A DNA stretch of 51,304 nt, the filler included, from Catajapyx aquilonaris (Eukaryota): NCBI GenBank assembly GCA_000934665.2. It is 3 parts of 3 records of this genome, joined end to end, with 100 filler letters (N's around TTAATTAATTAA, not from the genome) between each part and the next. Parts side by side here need not be neighbours in the genome. Positions count along the whole stretch, not along the records: positions 1 to 17,049 come from KZ539633.1; 2 more parts are not named here. One strand, written 5' to 3'. Position 1 is the first letter of the stretch. Every line of letters begins with the position of its first letter. The translations under genes and the position numbers were made by a program. The notes beneath the pieces were generated by a model that had not been told where the DNA came from, did no database searches, and saw only the letters and a program-made list of their open reading frames with translations. Shown here in pieces: positions 1 to 12,300 of the stretch.

Positions 1-298
1 TTGCACCATTGATAAGAGGACACAAAACTGCGTAACATATGTTTTTTTCATAAAATTCTCATTGAGTGACTCTAGCTTCATTTCCACCTTAAGTTATAAA
101 ATAACAATTAATTTGTCATTAATTCTGCTACACAGGGTTTTTGTCACTGAGGAAGCTAAAAATGCTGCCTGTTAGTGTGTTAAGAAATGCCACATCAAAC
201 AGAAATGTAAGTGAAATCCTAGCTTGCGGCTGGGACTGCGAATTTTTCGGCAAGGAAACAGTTTCCACTATGTGCAGGTTTCATAGCATTCTGAATCA

Positions 299-913
<615 letters not shown>

Positions 914-1682
914 TCAGGGCATAACAAATATCTATGCACTGTCACAAAAGTTCAAGCAGTAATCAAGCTTCATTATGATAGTATTCACAAGCAGCATTTG
1001 ACATGTAGACTTCTGAATGTCTCAAGAAGCAGGAGTAAACTCATATCCTCACTGGTAGAAATTTCAGGTGCACTTCACATGTCATGTAATTTTCTGAATG
1101 AAGCCTCAGATATGTGCCTTCTGAATACCATAGGGTAATTCCACGGGAACCGAGACATGATCCGAAAATGAAGTCGTGTATTGTGGGGTGGTAGATGGCT
1201 TATTGAAATCAGATCACATGTCATTATGTCAGATGGAGTAGGTGTAGCAATGTTCTGCTACCAGATAGCAGCAGAACCATGGAAAAGTCAAGATATAATA
1301 GTCGCAACTGATGGAACTTTCCATTGTTTGTTGCATCAGATATCACAAAATTGCTCCTCGAGTATTGTCTACATGTCAATTGTAACATTATTACTAAATA
1401 CATTCAGCTCACAGGGTTTCAAGTCACTACAGCACACCCCCAAAGAACTTGTCTTTTTTCATGTTCATATTAATATTTTACGGAGTCCATTCAAGTTACT
1501 GTTGCAAAATTCTAAAAATATGGCAATAACCTATCAAGAGGCAGCCACATGGAAATAATTTTAAATTCCTTTTCCATTAACATTTGCCATTGCAATAAAT
1601 AAAAATACATCATGAATCCCTTTCCAAATGTTGTGTCAGTTAAGGTGGAATTACCCCATACCTTTTCGTGTTACACAAGGGT

Positions 1683-1844
1683 ACTCCCCCGGGTGGGTTA
1701 GTCTAACGGAGATTCCACCTGAGACAGAGCCAGAGATGACCCAACCCGGCACAAGATGAAGGGGGGAGACCCCGGGCTGGGATCAAACCCAGGACCCTTC
1801 CATCCGTGGGTGCACACATTACCACAGCACCACTCCGCCTCCCC
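1683..1844 (-). mobile_element. tRNA-derived SINE family 1, truncated copy
   Basis: Homologous by eye to 7775-7950 and 27220-27556, with a degenerate A/B-box head. Confidence 0.75.
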
Positions 1845-2259
1845 TCAGGCACATCCTTAACATTTCCATTAATTATGATAGTGCACTAACCTTCGTTAAA
1901 AATTATAAAAATGAGCCTGACAACATCTACTTATGTAGTGATACTGTTATTTAAAAAGAGCTTGAAATTACTCAATAAACTTCAACAACTACACATACTT
2001 TTCCAAAAATGCACAGGAACTCCTGTCACCATGAACACTAATAAATTTTACACAACCAAAGAAGACGTGTGAGACTTATTTCTGATCAAAACAACACTGT
2101 ACCAGAGAGGTGCTGATGCATATCAAGTTCTTTTGGAAAACATTATACTCACTTAGCTTCTGTCTTCAAAAAAAATATAATCTTCACAAATTTCCACATC
2201 TCACTTGGTTTCCATGCAACATCCACATTTGCTATATTGTTTATAACTACAAAATAATA

Positions 2260-2723
2260 GGCGTATTCGGCAATTCAGGAATCTGACTTCCTGGGCTGTT
2301 TGGATGTTCGGCAAATCAGGTGCCACGCCCCCTGAAGTAAGTGCGCATGCGCCCTACCTGACTTCCCAAGCTCAGGAACTTAGTGTACTCCTGACCTGAC
2401 TTACTTGCTGAGAAACAATTAACAAACAAATTATTGTTATGGATGCAGCAGTGTTGCCAATGCAAAATGCCCGAAAACCCCGCGAGAGGACCTGAAAATA
2501 CCCGATTTTACCCGCATTTTCATTTTACCCGCACCATTACCCGCAAGCGTCCGAAATCTGGCACCGAAATACCCGAACATTGGCATATCACACTGGGATG
2601 CAGCACAGGCGGGTAGGGGGGTCTCTCAGTTCGGCCGTTCGGCAATAATCTTCTGAGGGGCAGGGCTAACAACTCAGATATCACGTGACGCATCTCAGAA
2701 TAATCAGAATTGCCGAATACGCC
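2260..2723. mobile_element. MITE with 17-bp TIRs GGCGTATTCGGCAATTC, hosting a nested hAT MITE
   Basis: Perfect terminal inverted repeats flanked by TA. Confidence 0.75.
2449..2595. mobile_element. hAT-type MITE nested in 2260-2723
   Basis: CAGTG...CACTG ends, perfect 8-bp TSD GGATGCAG (2441-2448, 2596-2603), repeated ACCCG subterminal motifs. Confidence 0.8.
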
Positions 2724-3001
2724 TAGTGTTGCCTAACTTCAATCTGGAAATTAATTAGTTTAGGTGCAAAAAGGTTCAGTTATTATGCTCTTTGGTGAGG
2801 TGTGCCTAGACTTGGCAGAATGGAGAATTGCACGCCATTCTGCCTCTTTTAAGTCACACGCACTGCCATAATCACTTGCTCATCACATCTTGACAGACAC
2901 TGTAAATGGAATGCTCTCATCTGAATTGTATTGATCATGCTCTTCACTATTATGCTTGCAATGGTTGAATGAACACAACATCGCAATAATGCCTTTAAAT
3001 A

Positions 3002-3196
3002 CAGGGTGACCCAAAATTCTGGATGCATAGGTCATTGTATTGTTGCTTGCCAGTTGAGCCAATAAGAACACGCCTTGTCCTCCAAGAACTCAACCTTTGC
3101 TGACTGTCAACAAGCTGGAAATGTACTTGACAACCTGCCACTGGGCACAACAATGTAATGTAATTACCCATGTGTCCTGAATTCTGGGTCACCCTG
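3002..3196. mobile_element. Tc1/mariner-type MITE
   Basis: TA|CAGGGTGACCC...GGGTCACCCTG|TA with an imperfect internal palindrome. Confidence 0.75.
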
Positions 3197-3394
3197 TATA
3201 TAACAGCATTGCAACACTGGACACTGCCCAGCAACCAGCATATTCATTCATTGTTGACTACTGTTTCCTCCAAACGATCAGGTGAGTGAGGAATAATTCT
3301 TTTGCAAAACAACTTCACAAGTAACTGTGGTATCACTGCTGAAATTTCCCATTTAAAGTAAAGCCTCGATATAAAGCTTTTCAAGGGACTAGCA

Positions 3395-3555
3395 CAGGGG
3401 TTCTTAACCGGGACCTGGACTTTGTCTAACTATGAACTTAATGAATCACGATCACGCCTGGTGGCGGTGGNNNNNNNNNNNGGGGGGGGGTGTTGTTGGC
3501 AAGGACCAACTGTCTTCAAAGGGGTGTGGAGGCCCGAAAATGTTGAGAACCCCTG
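3395..3555. mobile_element. hAT (Charlie-like) MITE
   Basis: CAGGGGTTCT...AGAACCCCTG ends; degenerate 8-bp TSD gactagca/gactaact. Confidence 0.6.
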
Positions 3556-3718
3556 GACTAACTCAAAGTAGACTTATAAGTGAGAATTTGTTATAATGCT
3601 TCATATGGGGCTAATAAAGGGACCAGAAGAAAAGGGTGTTAAAAGTGGGATATAGTTGTTATAGGGAGGAGTGTTGCATTCAGGTTTCACTCTATCAACA
3701 AGTTTCATGAGACAGGTA

Positions 3719-3866
3719 CAGTCTTGGACATTAATCGAGGCATACTGCCAGCGACATTTTCCGAAGCGGCAAAAGAAGGAATTGACGATAAGGGCGAGCA
3801 AGATTCCTTCTTCTTCCGCTTCGGAAAATGTCGCTGGCAGTATGCCTCGATTAATGTCCAACACTG
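3719..3866. mobile_element. Near-perfect palindromic MITE
   Basis: ~65-bp inverted arms, TA on both flanks. Confidence 0.75.
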
Positions 3867-5006
3867 TACTAGGCTAATCTGTTCCTTAACGCGGTACATG
3901 TAAAAAATTAGCTTACCTCTAGTGTACCAAATGCCCTTTGAGCACATGCCTTGTACTCTGTATACAATTATTATAAATTTTCAAATGAACATAATACATT
4001 GCATAGGTATTAATATATTCAACTCATTTGACACATACATACACCATGTTGCTTCAACACCACAGCCAGCCTACCAACCAAGCCTATTCATTCAAGAGAA
4101 TTTTGGCTTGTACTAACTGCACAGCCACTGCACAAAACACATCCAAAAATAATGCTCACAGTAGAATGGGTTCTCATCAATTTTGTTGAAATGCCAAGTC
4201 AAATTTCAACACAAGTAGTCTTGTGAAGAAAGTAAAATGCTGAAGAGTTGGCAACTCCATATGACTAAAAAAGCAAACAAGGTCTGGCAAGTAATGCACT
4301 TTCTTGGAATGAATCCATAATTACCTCATGACGACTACTTAAACCTGAATAACTTCTGGTTTTCAGTCTGTCCTCGCACAACTGCCACTGGCAGAAAAAA
4401 TGGCACTGCACAGCCTACATAATCAATACTGATGGCCTGACTTTGAACAAGTCAACTCCTAACCTCAAATCTGTTTTTCCAATAGTTGAACATGTGTTAA
4501 CCTTGAATTTTAAAAGCACTGACAACCTACGCATAATTAAAAATTTGAAATAAAAATGCACTTTCCGTAACACCCTCATGCTGACTGAATCCCTCTAGCT
4601 GTTCCCTATTTTAAAATCTCCCCAGGAATTTCTCAACAGGAATCAATATTGGCAGGGTGGGCATGTAGCAGGTGTCTGTAAATAACCATGGTCTGCATTG
4701 TCAAACGAAATTGCAAAAAAACCCAAGCACTGTGACTTCTGGAATAGCAGTAAACAAGAACAATGAGGAGCAAACATTTACAATCTGCCAGAAGTGAAAA
4801 TTCACACGATGAAAGTTCTAATAGAAAACTGAGTTTCTACCTGCAACTGTTGGAGGTCAGACGTCAAATGTGGCTGCTGGGAGGGTGCATGAACCATTGG
4901 CTCTGTATCACCACCTCCTTCATCCTCTGCTGGGGTTTCCATGGGCTCAGCAGCTGTAAATGCAAGAAGATATTTACCTGAATATGAAATTCAATATGTA
5001 CTAATG

Positions 5007-5394
5007 CAGTGGTTCCCAACCTTTTAGTCATGACACCCCCCCCCCCCCCGGCCNCCCCCCCCAATAAATTTCAGCATGAGTTTCTTGTAAGAAAATTTTA
5101 TAACTGAGGAACGAAAACCTGTTGAAATAGGGGCAACAACAGAAGGGCCAAGAAGACCGCCGCAGGCGAAAATCTTTTTGAGTTCGAGGTCACAAAGTTT
5201 AGGTGAATGTAGCTGACAAAGTACAGTAGAATTCCTACACTGTAAGCACATCGGATACAAGCAAGGAGAAAAAAGTCGGTCCATTCATATTTCCAGCAGC
5301 GGCAAGCGGAAACATGTTACATTATTTTACGTATTTCTCATGGCCTCACGCCCCCCCTGAAATCCTGTCACGCCCCCCAGGTTGGGAACCACTG
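5007..5394. mobile_element. hAT (Charlie-like) MITE
   Basis: CAGTGGTTCCCAACCT TIRs and perfect 8-bp TSD TACTAATG. Confidence 0.88.
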
Positions 5395-5509
5395 TACTAA
5401 TGTGTATAGCAGGAAGCATTCTCGCATCACCTCCTGTTTAATAGATTATCTAATCATTTCTCAAGTAATTACAAGACCTTCAATAACAATTCCTTCCAAA
5501 ACACATGTA

Positions 5510-6130
5510 CTATATCGCTCAAAAAGATAGAGGCGGTTTTGCATTTGTTGTCAATGCAAAATCGTCTCCATCATTTTGAGCGATACAGCACACTACTCTT
5601 CATTAATTTCAATCCACCACATGAATAGTCCAGATGAACTCAACACCTCAAACTTCGAATCATCTGTGAAAATAACCTGGTTGGATTACCAGGTTATTTT
5701 CACAGATGATTCGAAGTTTGAGGTACTGTGCTGTGTACAGAATACAGTTCAGAACCTGGACTACCAGTCAGTGGAAGAAGGTTCTTGTCACAGGTGTATT
5801 GCAGTTTGAGGCATTTGGGTCCAACAGGACTATTCAGGTGGTGCATTGACATTAATGAGGAATTGTGTATCCATTCGGGCATTTAGATCAGGCTAAGGGC
5901 TTGTTGTATGGAAGAAAATTAGGAAAAATGCCTGGTTATTTCATTACAATGGCACCTGTCTATATCAGACCATGGATATAGTACAAATATGCTTGCTGCA
6001 CAAAATTTTCGCTTTCTCACCAGGAAGAAAGAATTTACCATGTATTTTTGTCCAACACATCAGAACGTAGTGTGGAAACTAGTGGAATTTTAAGGTCCAT
6101 CAGTAAGGATTACCCAGTGTACACTGGAAT
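5510..6130 (+). mobile_element. Tc1 transposase remnant with internal inverted duplications
   Basis: VIFTDDSKFE resembles the Tc1 first catalytic motif W..VIFSDESKF, with a degenerate QDNAPCH-like stretch near 5940. Perfect 37-bp inverted repeat at 5645-5724. Confidence 0.55.
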
Positions 6131-6872
6131 TTGTACTGCATTAAGTGTTGTTTCACAAATTCAGTGAAGCAATGGTTTTATTTTTAATGGGCATGAATTG
6201 CACATGCGAGAAAAAAAGTTGGCAGCAAGCCGCACAAAAATTAGGCATTCAAAACAATTATGGTTCTGGGGACACCGATTGGGAGACTTGTAATGAACCT
6301 AAAAATAAATAAATAAATCTTGCTTTTAGTGTTGTACAATACAGTGCAACCTTGTCAATTAAGGACATTTTTGCACGACAGAGATTCCACTATATGTGTT
6401 CCAAGAATAGAGGTTCCTTTTAAAATTATCGCGAATTTCACCCAAATTGCTACTTTTGTGTCACTTTTTGTGCCCCAATAAATTGATATACCCAGTTATT
6501 CCCAAGTAAATTGGATAAAATCAGACAGGAAGATTTGTGGACTTGTGTGGCACTCATAGCTTCAGGCAATTTGTCAATAGGTGGAATGTGAGTCGGGCAG
6601 AAGCTGTATAAAGATGGTAGTGCCTTTCATGCACATGCTGAAGTGGAAAGGTGTTACTCCATTAATGCACAAACAAGACAAAACCCATCAAAATTTATTG
6701 TAGGAAGAATGAACAATAGGGTTCTACCATGTATCACACAGTCATAAGTATGCAAGTTAGGAAAAACGTTCCATGACTGTAAAAGTTGTCTGACAGATGC
6801 CAGGCTAGACTAAATCTAGCTGTCATCTGGATTTTTTTTTTACATCACTTGGAAACACATGAATGCAAGGTA

Positions 6873-7765
6873 CGAGGGCCTTTCAATAAAGACTGATCAT
6901 GATTTTTCAAATGAGCAAGTATAGGAAGTACTGTCGTGATGGTGATACATTAAAGTACTCCTGTCGAAGATGGATGTGCATGCTTATATGCAGAAGTCTA
7001 CTGTGCATAATATGGGTGTGGTGGCAGCACAAGCACCATCACCCTTGATGTCACCTCCTGAGTCATGGCATCGACATGTGTGGAGCAGTACGCCGTGCTG
7101 GAATTCTGCTTTTTGCCTCAAAAAGAGAGTCAATGAGTCCTACTGCACGCAGACATAGGCATAATTATGGAGAAGATATGTTCAAGAAGAGTCCCTAATC
7201 CACTTGCACACAGGGCGCTCTGGGAGCTCATGTCAGAGCTGTGATGAAGGTGGCCATCAACATGGCCTCAGTGTGAGGGGATCACTGTGTAACTGACTGT
7301 CCTATCCGATTTGTTACAAGTATCTGTGGATGATATCCACACAATAATGCATGATCACCTGCATATGAGCCATGCATAGGCTGTGGCAGGAGCTCCTGAA
7401 GTGCCCTGTTTGCAGGTGGATTCGGAACCCCCCTTGAACATCTTAAAACAAAGGAGTGACGTACTGTTAGGCAGAACATCTTTTCTATACTCCTAAGTAA
7501 GACTGGAGCAAGGCTCACTGGCTTGAGGCAAAAGCAGAATTTCAGCACTGTTTACTGTGTCGATGCCATGACTTGGGAGTCAACTTCAGGGGTGGGGGTT
7601 GAGTGCTGCCACCACACCCACATGATGAGCAGTAGACTTCTGCACATAATCATGCACATCCATCTTTGACAGGAGTACTTCAATATATCACCATTATGAT
7701 AGTACTGTACTTCCTTTACTTTCTCATTTAAAAAATCATGATCAGTCTTTATTGAAATGCCCTCA
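6873..7765. mobile_element. mariner-derived non-autonomous element made of two inverted 5' ends
   Basis: TA|CGAGGGC..TTCAATAAAGACTGATC TIRs. The inverted arms extend several hundred bp and include mariner N-terminal-like EQYAVLEFCFCLKK / AVLKFCFCLK on opposite strands. Confidence 0.75.
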
Positions 7766-7774
7766 TACATGGTA

Positions 7775-7950
7775 GGGGAAGGCGAAGTGGAGCTGCGGTA
7801 ACGTATGCGGAGGGAAGGGTCCCGGGTTCGATACCAAGCCCAGGCGTTCCCCCCTTTCATCTCGTGCGGAGTTCGGGGTCATCTCTGGCTTCGTCTAGGG
7901 TGGAATTTCCGATAGACTAACCTCCCGGGGGAGCTCACAAAATGACCATA
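7775..7950 (+). mobile_element. tRNA-derived SINE family 1, truncated copy
   Basis: A box TGGAGCTGCGG, B box GGTTCGATACC; body shared with 27220-27556. Confidence 0.75.
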
Positions 7951-8326
7951 GCTACGACATTGCACTTGCCCACTGCCCATCCCCTCCCAGTCACCCTGCC
8001 CTCGGACCAGGGCTCTTCATTGTCCAAATTAATGTACATCTTGCGATCTTGGCAAATAAAGGTCTGTGACAAAACCTCAGCTGAGGTACGGCACTATACC
8101 CTCATATGTGGCCCATTCATATTGTTCTTCATCCCGTTTGTGAACAAAGTAGTGTAACATCTTTCTGGTTCTCCTCACGGTCCATTTATTAGACAACCTG
8201 TCTAAAGATATGACAACCATATGAGTCCACAAATATTCCTGCCAATTGTATCCAAGGCAGTGAGTATTTCAAGATTTTATTGTACTTTTCACCTGCTCAT
8301 TTAATCAACCTTGTATATTCAATGGA

Positions 8327-8770
8327 CACTTCTGGAAACTCCCATTTTTTGAATTTCCATGGAGATGATGTCAAGTAACAAAAAAAGTACACATTGTCCT
8401 TTTATTGACATTGTTTAATACTACTTTTGTTGCTTGAGGGCATCTCCATGGAAATTTTAAAAGGGAGTTAACAGAAGTGCATTCTCAGATGGCCATAGAC
8501 TCCATGGGGACGTTGCTAAACTCAGCAGCTGCTGCAGCCGCTGTCAGCACTGCTGAGCTCGCTGATTGGTCAATCTTTGCTGAGTTTGACAATGTTTTCG
8601 GTGCCTAGTTCCGCTATTCCAAGATGGCCGCCATTCGCCTGGCAAAATCGAACAAGGCGCGCCACACGAAAGGCACTTCCCCTGGCAACCCGTGTCGAAT
8701 AAATAAACAACAATGCGATCAACTGCTGCCCTCGCTGCAACAGCCGCTGAGTTTCGCAACGTCCTCCATG
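8327..8770. mobile_element. Two adjacent degenerate palindromic MITEs (8327-8479; 8503-8770)
   Basis: Inverted arms CACTTCTG../..CAGAAGTG and GGACGTTGC.AAACTCAGC/GCTGAGTTT.GCAACGTCC. Confidence 0.55.
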
Positions 8771-9611
8771 TTACTTTTGCTCTTTCCTAAAGAACCTGAT
8801 TCTTGACTTGAAGAGATGGTTGGAGAGGAAAGAATAGAGAGTACATAATGTGCGGAAAACCAAACGACGATCTGATATCATCATTTCTTACATTGATGTT
8901 TTTTGTTGCTACTGTTTACTCATACTGTTCTGTGGGGGTATTTCCTTGGAAACCTTGATGATATCAGTTCGCTGTTTCCTTTTCCACACTGTAGCCATTT
9001 GTGGTCAAGACAATGCCAGGTGGTGCAATGTGGCAGTGGTGCAGACAAATTCCACATCTACAAGTGGCTTCAGCCAGGAACCAGACAGACTACTTCTCGA
9101 GTGCCACTCAAAAGGAAACTGACGAAGCCAGTGGTCCTCAACCATTGGTTCACAGATCTGAAGTGGATACAAGCAGAAATGTCCATTCCAGAGTTTTTGT
9201 TTGGTTTCAACGTATTTCAGTGGACATAACAGAAATCCATTCAATGCAGGAGATTTCACGAAACAGTGCAATTATACTACAGTGAGGTTTCACTGTATTA
9301 TTATTATTATTATTATTACCAGCAGGTGACCCGGCGTTGCCCAGGTGTGATTTGGTTGTGAAGGTAGGGGTATCTATATCCATATTAGGAAACCTGTTTG
9401 TAAAATTTGCGCAAAATAGGCAAAATAGGGTCATCAGTATGTCTTGGGAAGGCCAGGAAAATACATATAGGTATACATTTCTTTATGGCATTAATTCCCA
9501 TAGAGGGGTAGCCAGTAGTGTCCAGGTATTACCTGACCAGCTTTTAAGACTAACATAATGACACCTCTAGTGACTGGTCAGGCCACGCAGAGGGTTAATG
9601 AATGTTAATGA

Positions 9612-9667
<56 letters not shown>
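9612..9667. repeat. (TAT)n microsatellite
   Basis: Direct trinucleotide run; a shorter run lies at 9296-9317. Confidence 0.95.
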
Positions 9668-10868
9668 CGTTATCTTATTAGCAGTACATTCCATATCACA
9701 AGACACCATAGAAATGTGCTGAGAAGTCGGAAATGCAACACTTGGGTAAAGTTTGGTAATTATGCCAAATCAGGTCTTGTTTTTCTTTTACTTCCTGCTT
9801 ACTAATACACCACACACACACACACCACCCTTCCACAGTGTTCAGAACTTCAGAGTAAAATTATATTTTCAAGCCAAGAACAGCTAAAACCATGCAAACA
9901 TGAATATTTATGGCCTTTCAATTCTCATAACAACCAAGTCATAGAGTGAAGCAGCCATTGCAGGATAAAATGATGACCAATACAAATATATCATGCAGCT
10001 CAATACCATATTGGATCCTATGAAGACGAGTTCTAGATATTGCATACATTCAGTTCCCAAAATGTAAAGACTTCTCTGTAGGATACATGTTGGTTTCATG
10101 ATTGGAAAAGTGGGTTCAGGTCTTGCCTGGACCAATCTGAAGTTAGGAAAATGAAAATCAAGAATGGTTCGTGGTGTAGAATGGAGAGGGGGCAAGGATA
10201 AGGTGGCATGACAAAAAGAGTGAGAGGCAGATAGGGAAGAGAGATTTTTTTTTTTTTTAATTCAGTCACAAAATGTGCATAAATGGTTTTTTGAGACCTA
10301 TAACCACATCTTTCCGAAATAAGTATACATGTAGACGTTAAATGCCATTAATTATTGGCCAATTAAGAAGAAATAATAGAATTCATTACACCCCATGCAG
10401 TAAATTCACCAATTTTCTGCCAGCTCGCAAATGTGGCTTCAGTAACAAAAATGTCAAGATATTATGTGCGCAATTCAGCTTACCTTGCCACCATGCCTCC
10501 CCCAAAATATAGGGAATTTGAGTGGTAGATTCAAAATATTAACCCGTGTTACATGCTCAGCGATGAGCATTGCTGAGTGATAAAATCGATTGTTGGAGGG
10601 CCAAAATCGTTTGTTACTTTCACTCTACTCCAAACAATTGGTTTCATCACTCAGCTACGCTCATTGCTGAATGAATCGCTCACATGTATAATGCCTAATC
10701 CTGAGGCACCATTTGGATGCAGGCTACTTAAAATGAGGCGTTTGTGCTACAAGCCAGAATTTAATAAACTAAATTTTCCATAATTTCCTATCCATTTCAT
10801 TTGGCAAGATAAGAAGCAAATGATTCCAGAAGGCATTGCATTAAAATTCAAAAAAATCTTGAACGCAC

Positions 10869-10983
10869 CTTCTTGGGTCTCCATATCCTCTACTTGATCG
10901 TCAACTCCTCCTCCGCCACCTCCCCCGCCAGGCCCCCCTCCCCCTCCAACGGCAGCCTCTTTCTTGTCGTTAAGGTGGTTCAT
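10869..10983 (-). CDS. USP7: USP7 first coding exon (MNHLNDKKEAAVGGGGG...VEDMETQE)
   Basis: ATG at 10983 gives an MNH start like USP7 orthologues. Acidic VEDMETQE segment, donor AG|gtgcgt at 10868, same strand as the MATH exons. Confidence 0.78.
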
Positions 10984-11499
10984 GTCCGCCCCTGGTTGCT
11001 GCTGCTTGGAGTCGACCACCGGGGCAGCGGCACCTCCAGTGGCTCCACCGGACGAGTTGACCTCCCTGCCGGCTTCCTCTGACCGGACCAAGGAGAGGAC
11101 AGGTTTCGACTGGGAGTTTGGCGGGGGCTGTGGCGGAGGTGTTGTGGACAAGGGTGGGGGCGGGGAAGGTGGACTGCTGCTGTTCTGGGAAGAAGGTGGC
11201 GGTCGCTTGCAGGTGGCCTTGCTGTCCTTCCCTCCTCCTCCTCCTCCACTGCTGGCCAACCCCAAGTTCTTGCCGGCCACCGTCACTTTGACGTGCTTGC
11301 TCGCAATGCGCCCAATGTCTGCGTCCAAACGCACCCCCCAGCGGCAGACACCGGGGGATTGGAGACCATTCACGCACACAATGCTACACCCAACCAGCCC
11401 GTTTGCTCTCAGTCCCAACGGTAGCACCGGTCATCCAACAATCCTCTGCTGATTACACCTGGACAATGTAAAACCTCCCTCCAGTGACAGGTCTGCATG

Positions 11500-12300
11500 A
11501 AATATGTATACCTGCTCCTGCCTAGCATCCAAATCGTCGCAACACACAACAAGCGCCCGCTTTCGGTACGTCCGTCCTCCTGTCCCGGCACCACACTTAA
11601 TTCATATTACAGTGTGTGGTGACACACTAGAAGGATCGGGTGGCGTCCGGGCAGATCATATTGTGCACATATCACACAACCCCCCCCTGAGGCGTCGGTG
11701 TTCGGAAGGCCTTTTCGAAGAGCGCTCCCGATGCGTGACTTCACGCCGAACCGATCCTTCCCTCGTCCTCCTCCTGTCCTCTTTTTTTTCCCCTCTCTCT
11801 CTCACTCTTCTTTCTTTTTTCTTTTAATTCCCACTCCTCCGCTGCTCCGATTCCGAACACTCACAAAATGGCGGAGGGGGGAGGGCAAGGTTGCCGGATG
11901 CGGAGGAGGAGGCGGACACCAGCCGGGTGGGGGAGCCTCAAGCAGGCGGGGGATCTCACTCCATCCAGAGATGCGGTTCGGAGGTGGCAGCGCGGGAGGT
12001 ATGCTGCTGGCAGTCTTCGGGAAGCTGCCCCGGGCAGGGACCCTGGGCCGGGTTGCCCTCGGATCCGGCCACCCTCGCTCCCGGGATTTGGACCAATCGC
12101 GGGCCACCCTCGGATGGATCGACATTCGGCGCTGCTTTTCAAGTGAGGATTTTAGGCCGGTTGCGCCTATTTTTCGCATTTGCTTGGCCATTTGCCTCTA
12201 ACAGGTGTCTTTTGCATTATGTCGTCGTACTACACGGTCCCGTCCGTGTCGACGGGCTTGACCGACGAGGGCTGAGAGATAAAAATCGCAAAATCTAAGC
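11500..12300. promoter_or_regulatory. CpG/GC-rich promoter and 5' region of USP7, possibly shared with the divergent SHMT side
   Basis: Visibly high GC and CpG content against an AT-rich background. YY1-like AAAATGGCGG at ~11865-11874. Purine-rich leader on the minus strand. Confidence 0.6.

Noticed and set aside
9602..9805. Poly-Tyr ORF; likewise the poly-Ile/Leu ORFs at 30063-30469
   Set aside because: Translations of (TAT)n/(ATA)n microsatellites.
11698..12298. Several overlapping ORFs in the GC-rich region
   Set aside because: Expected from stop-codon scarcity in a CpG island; no recognisable domain or splice structure.
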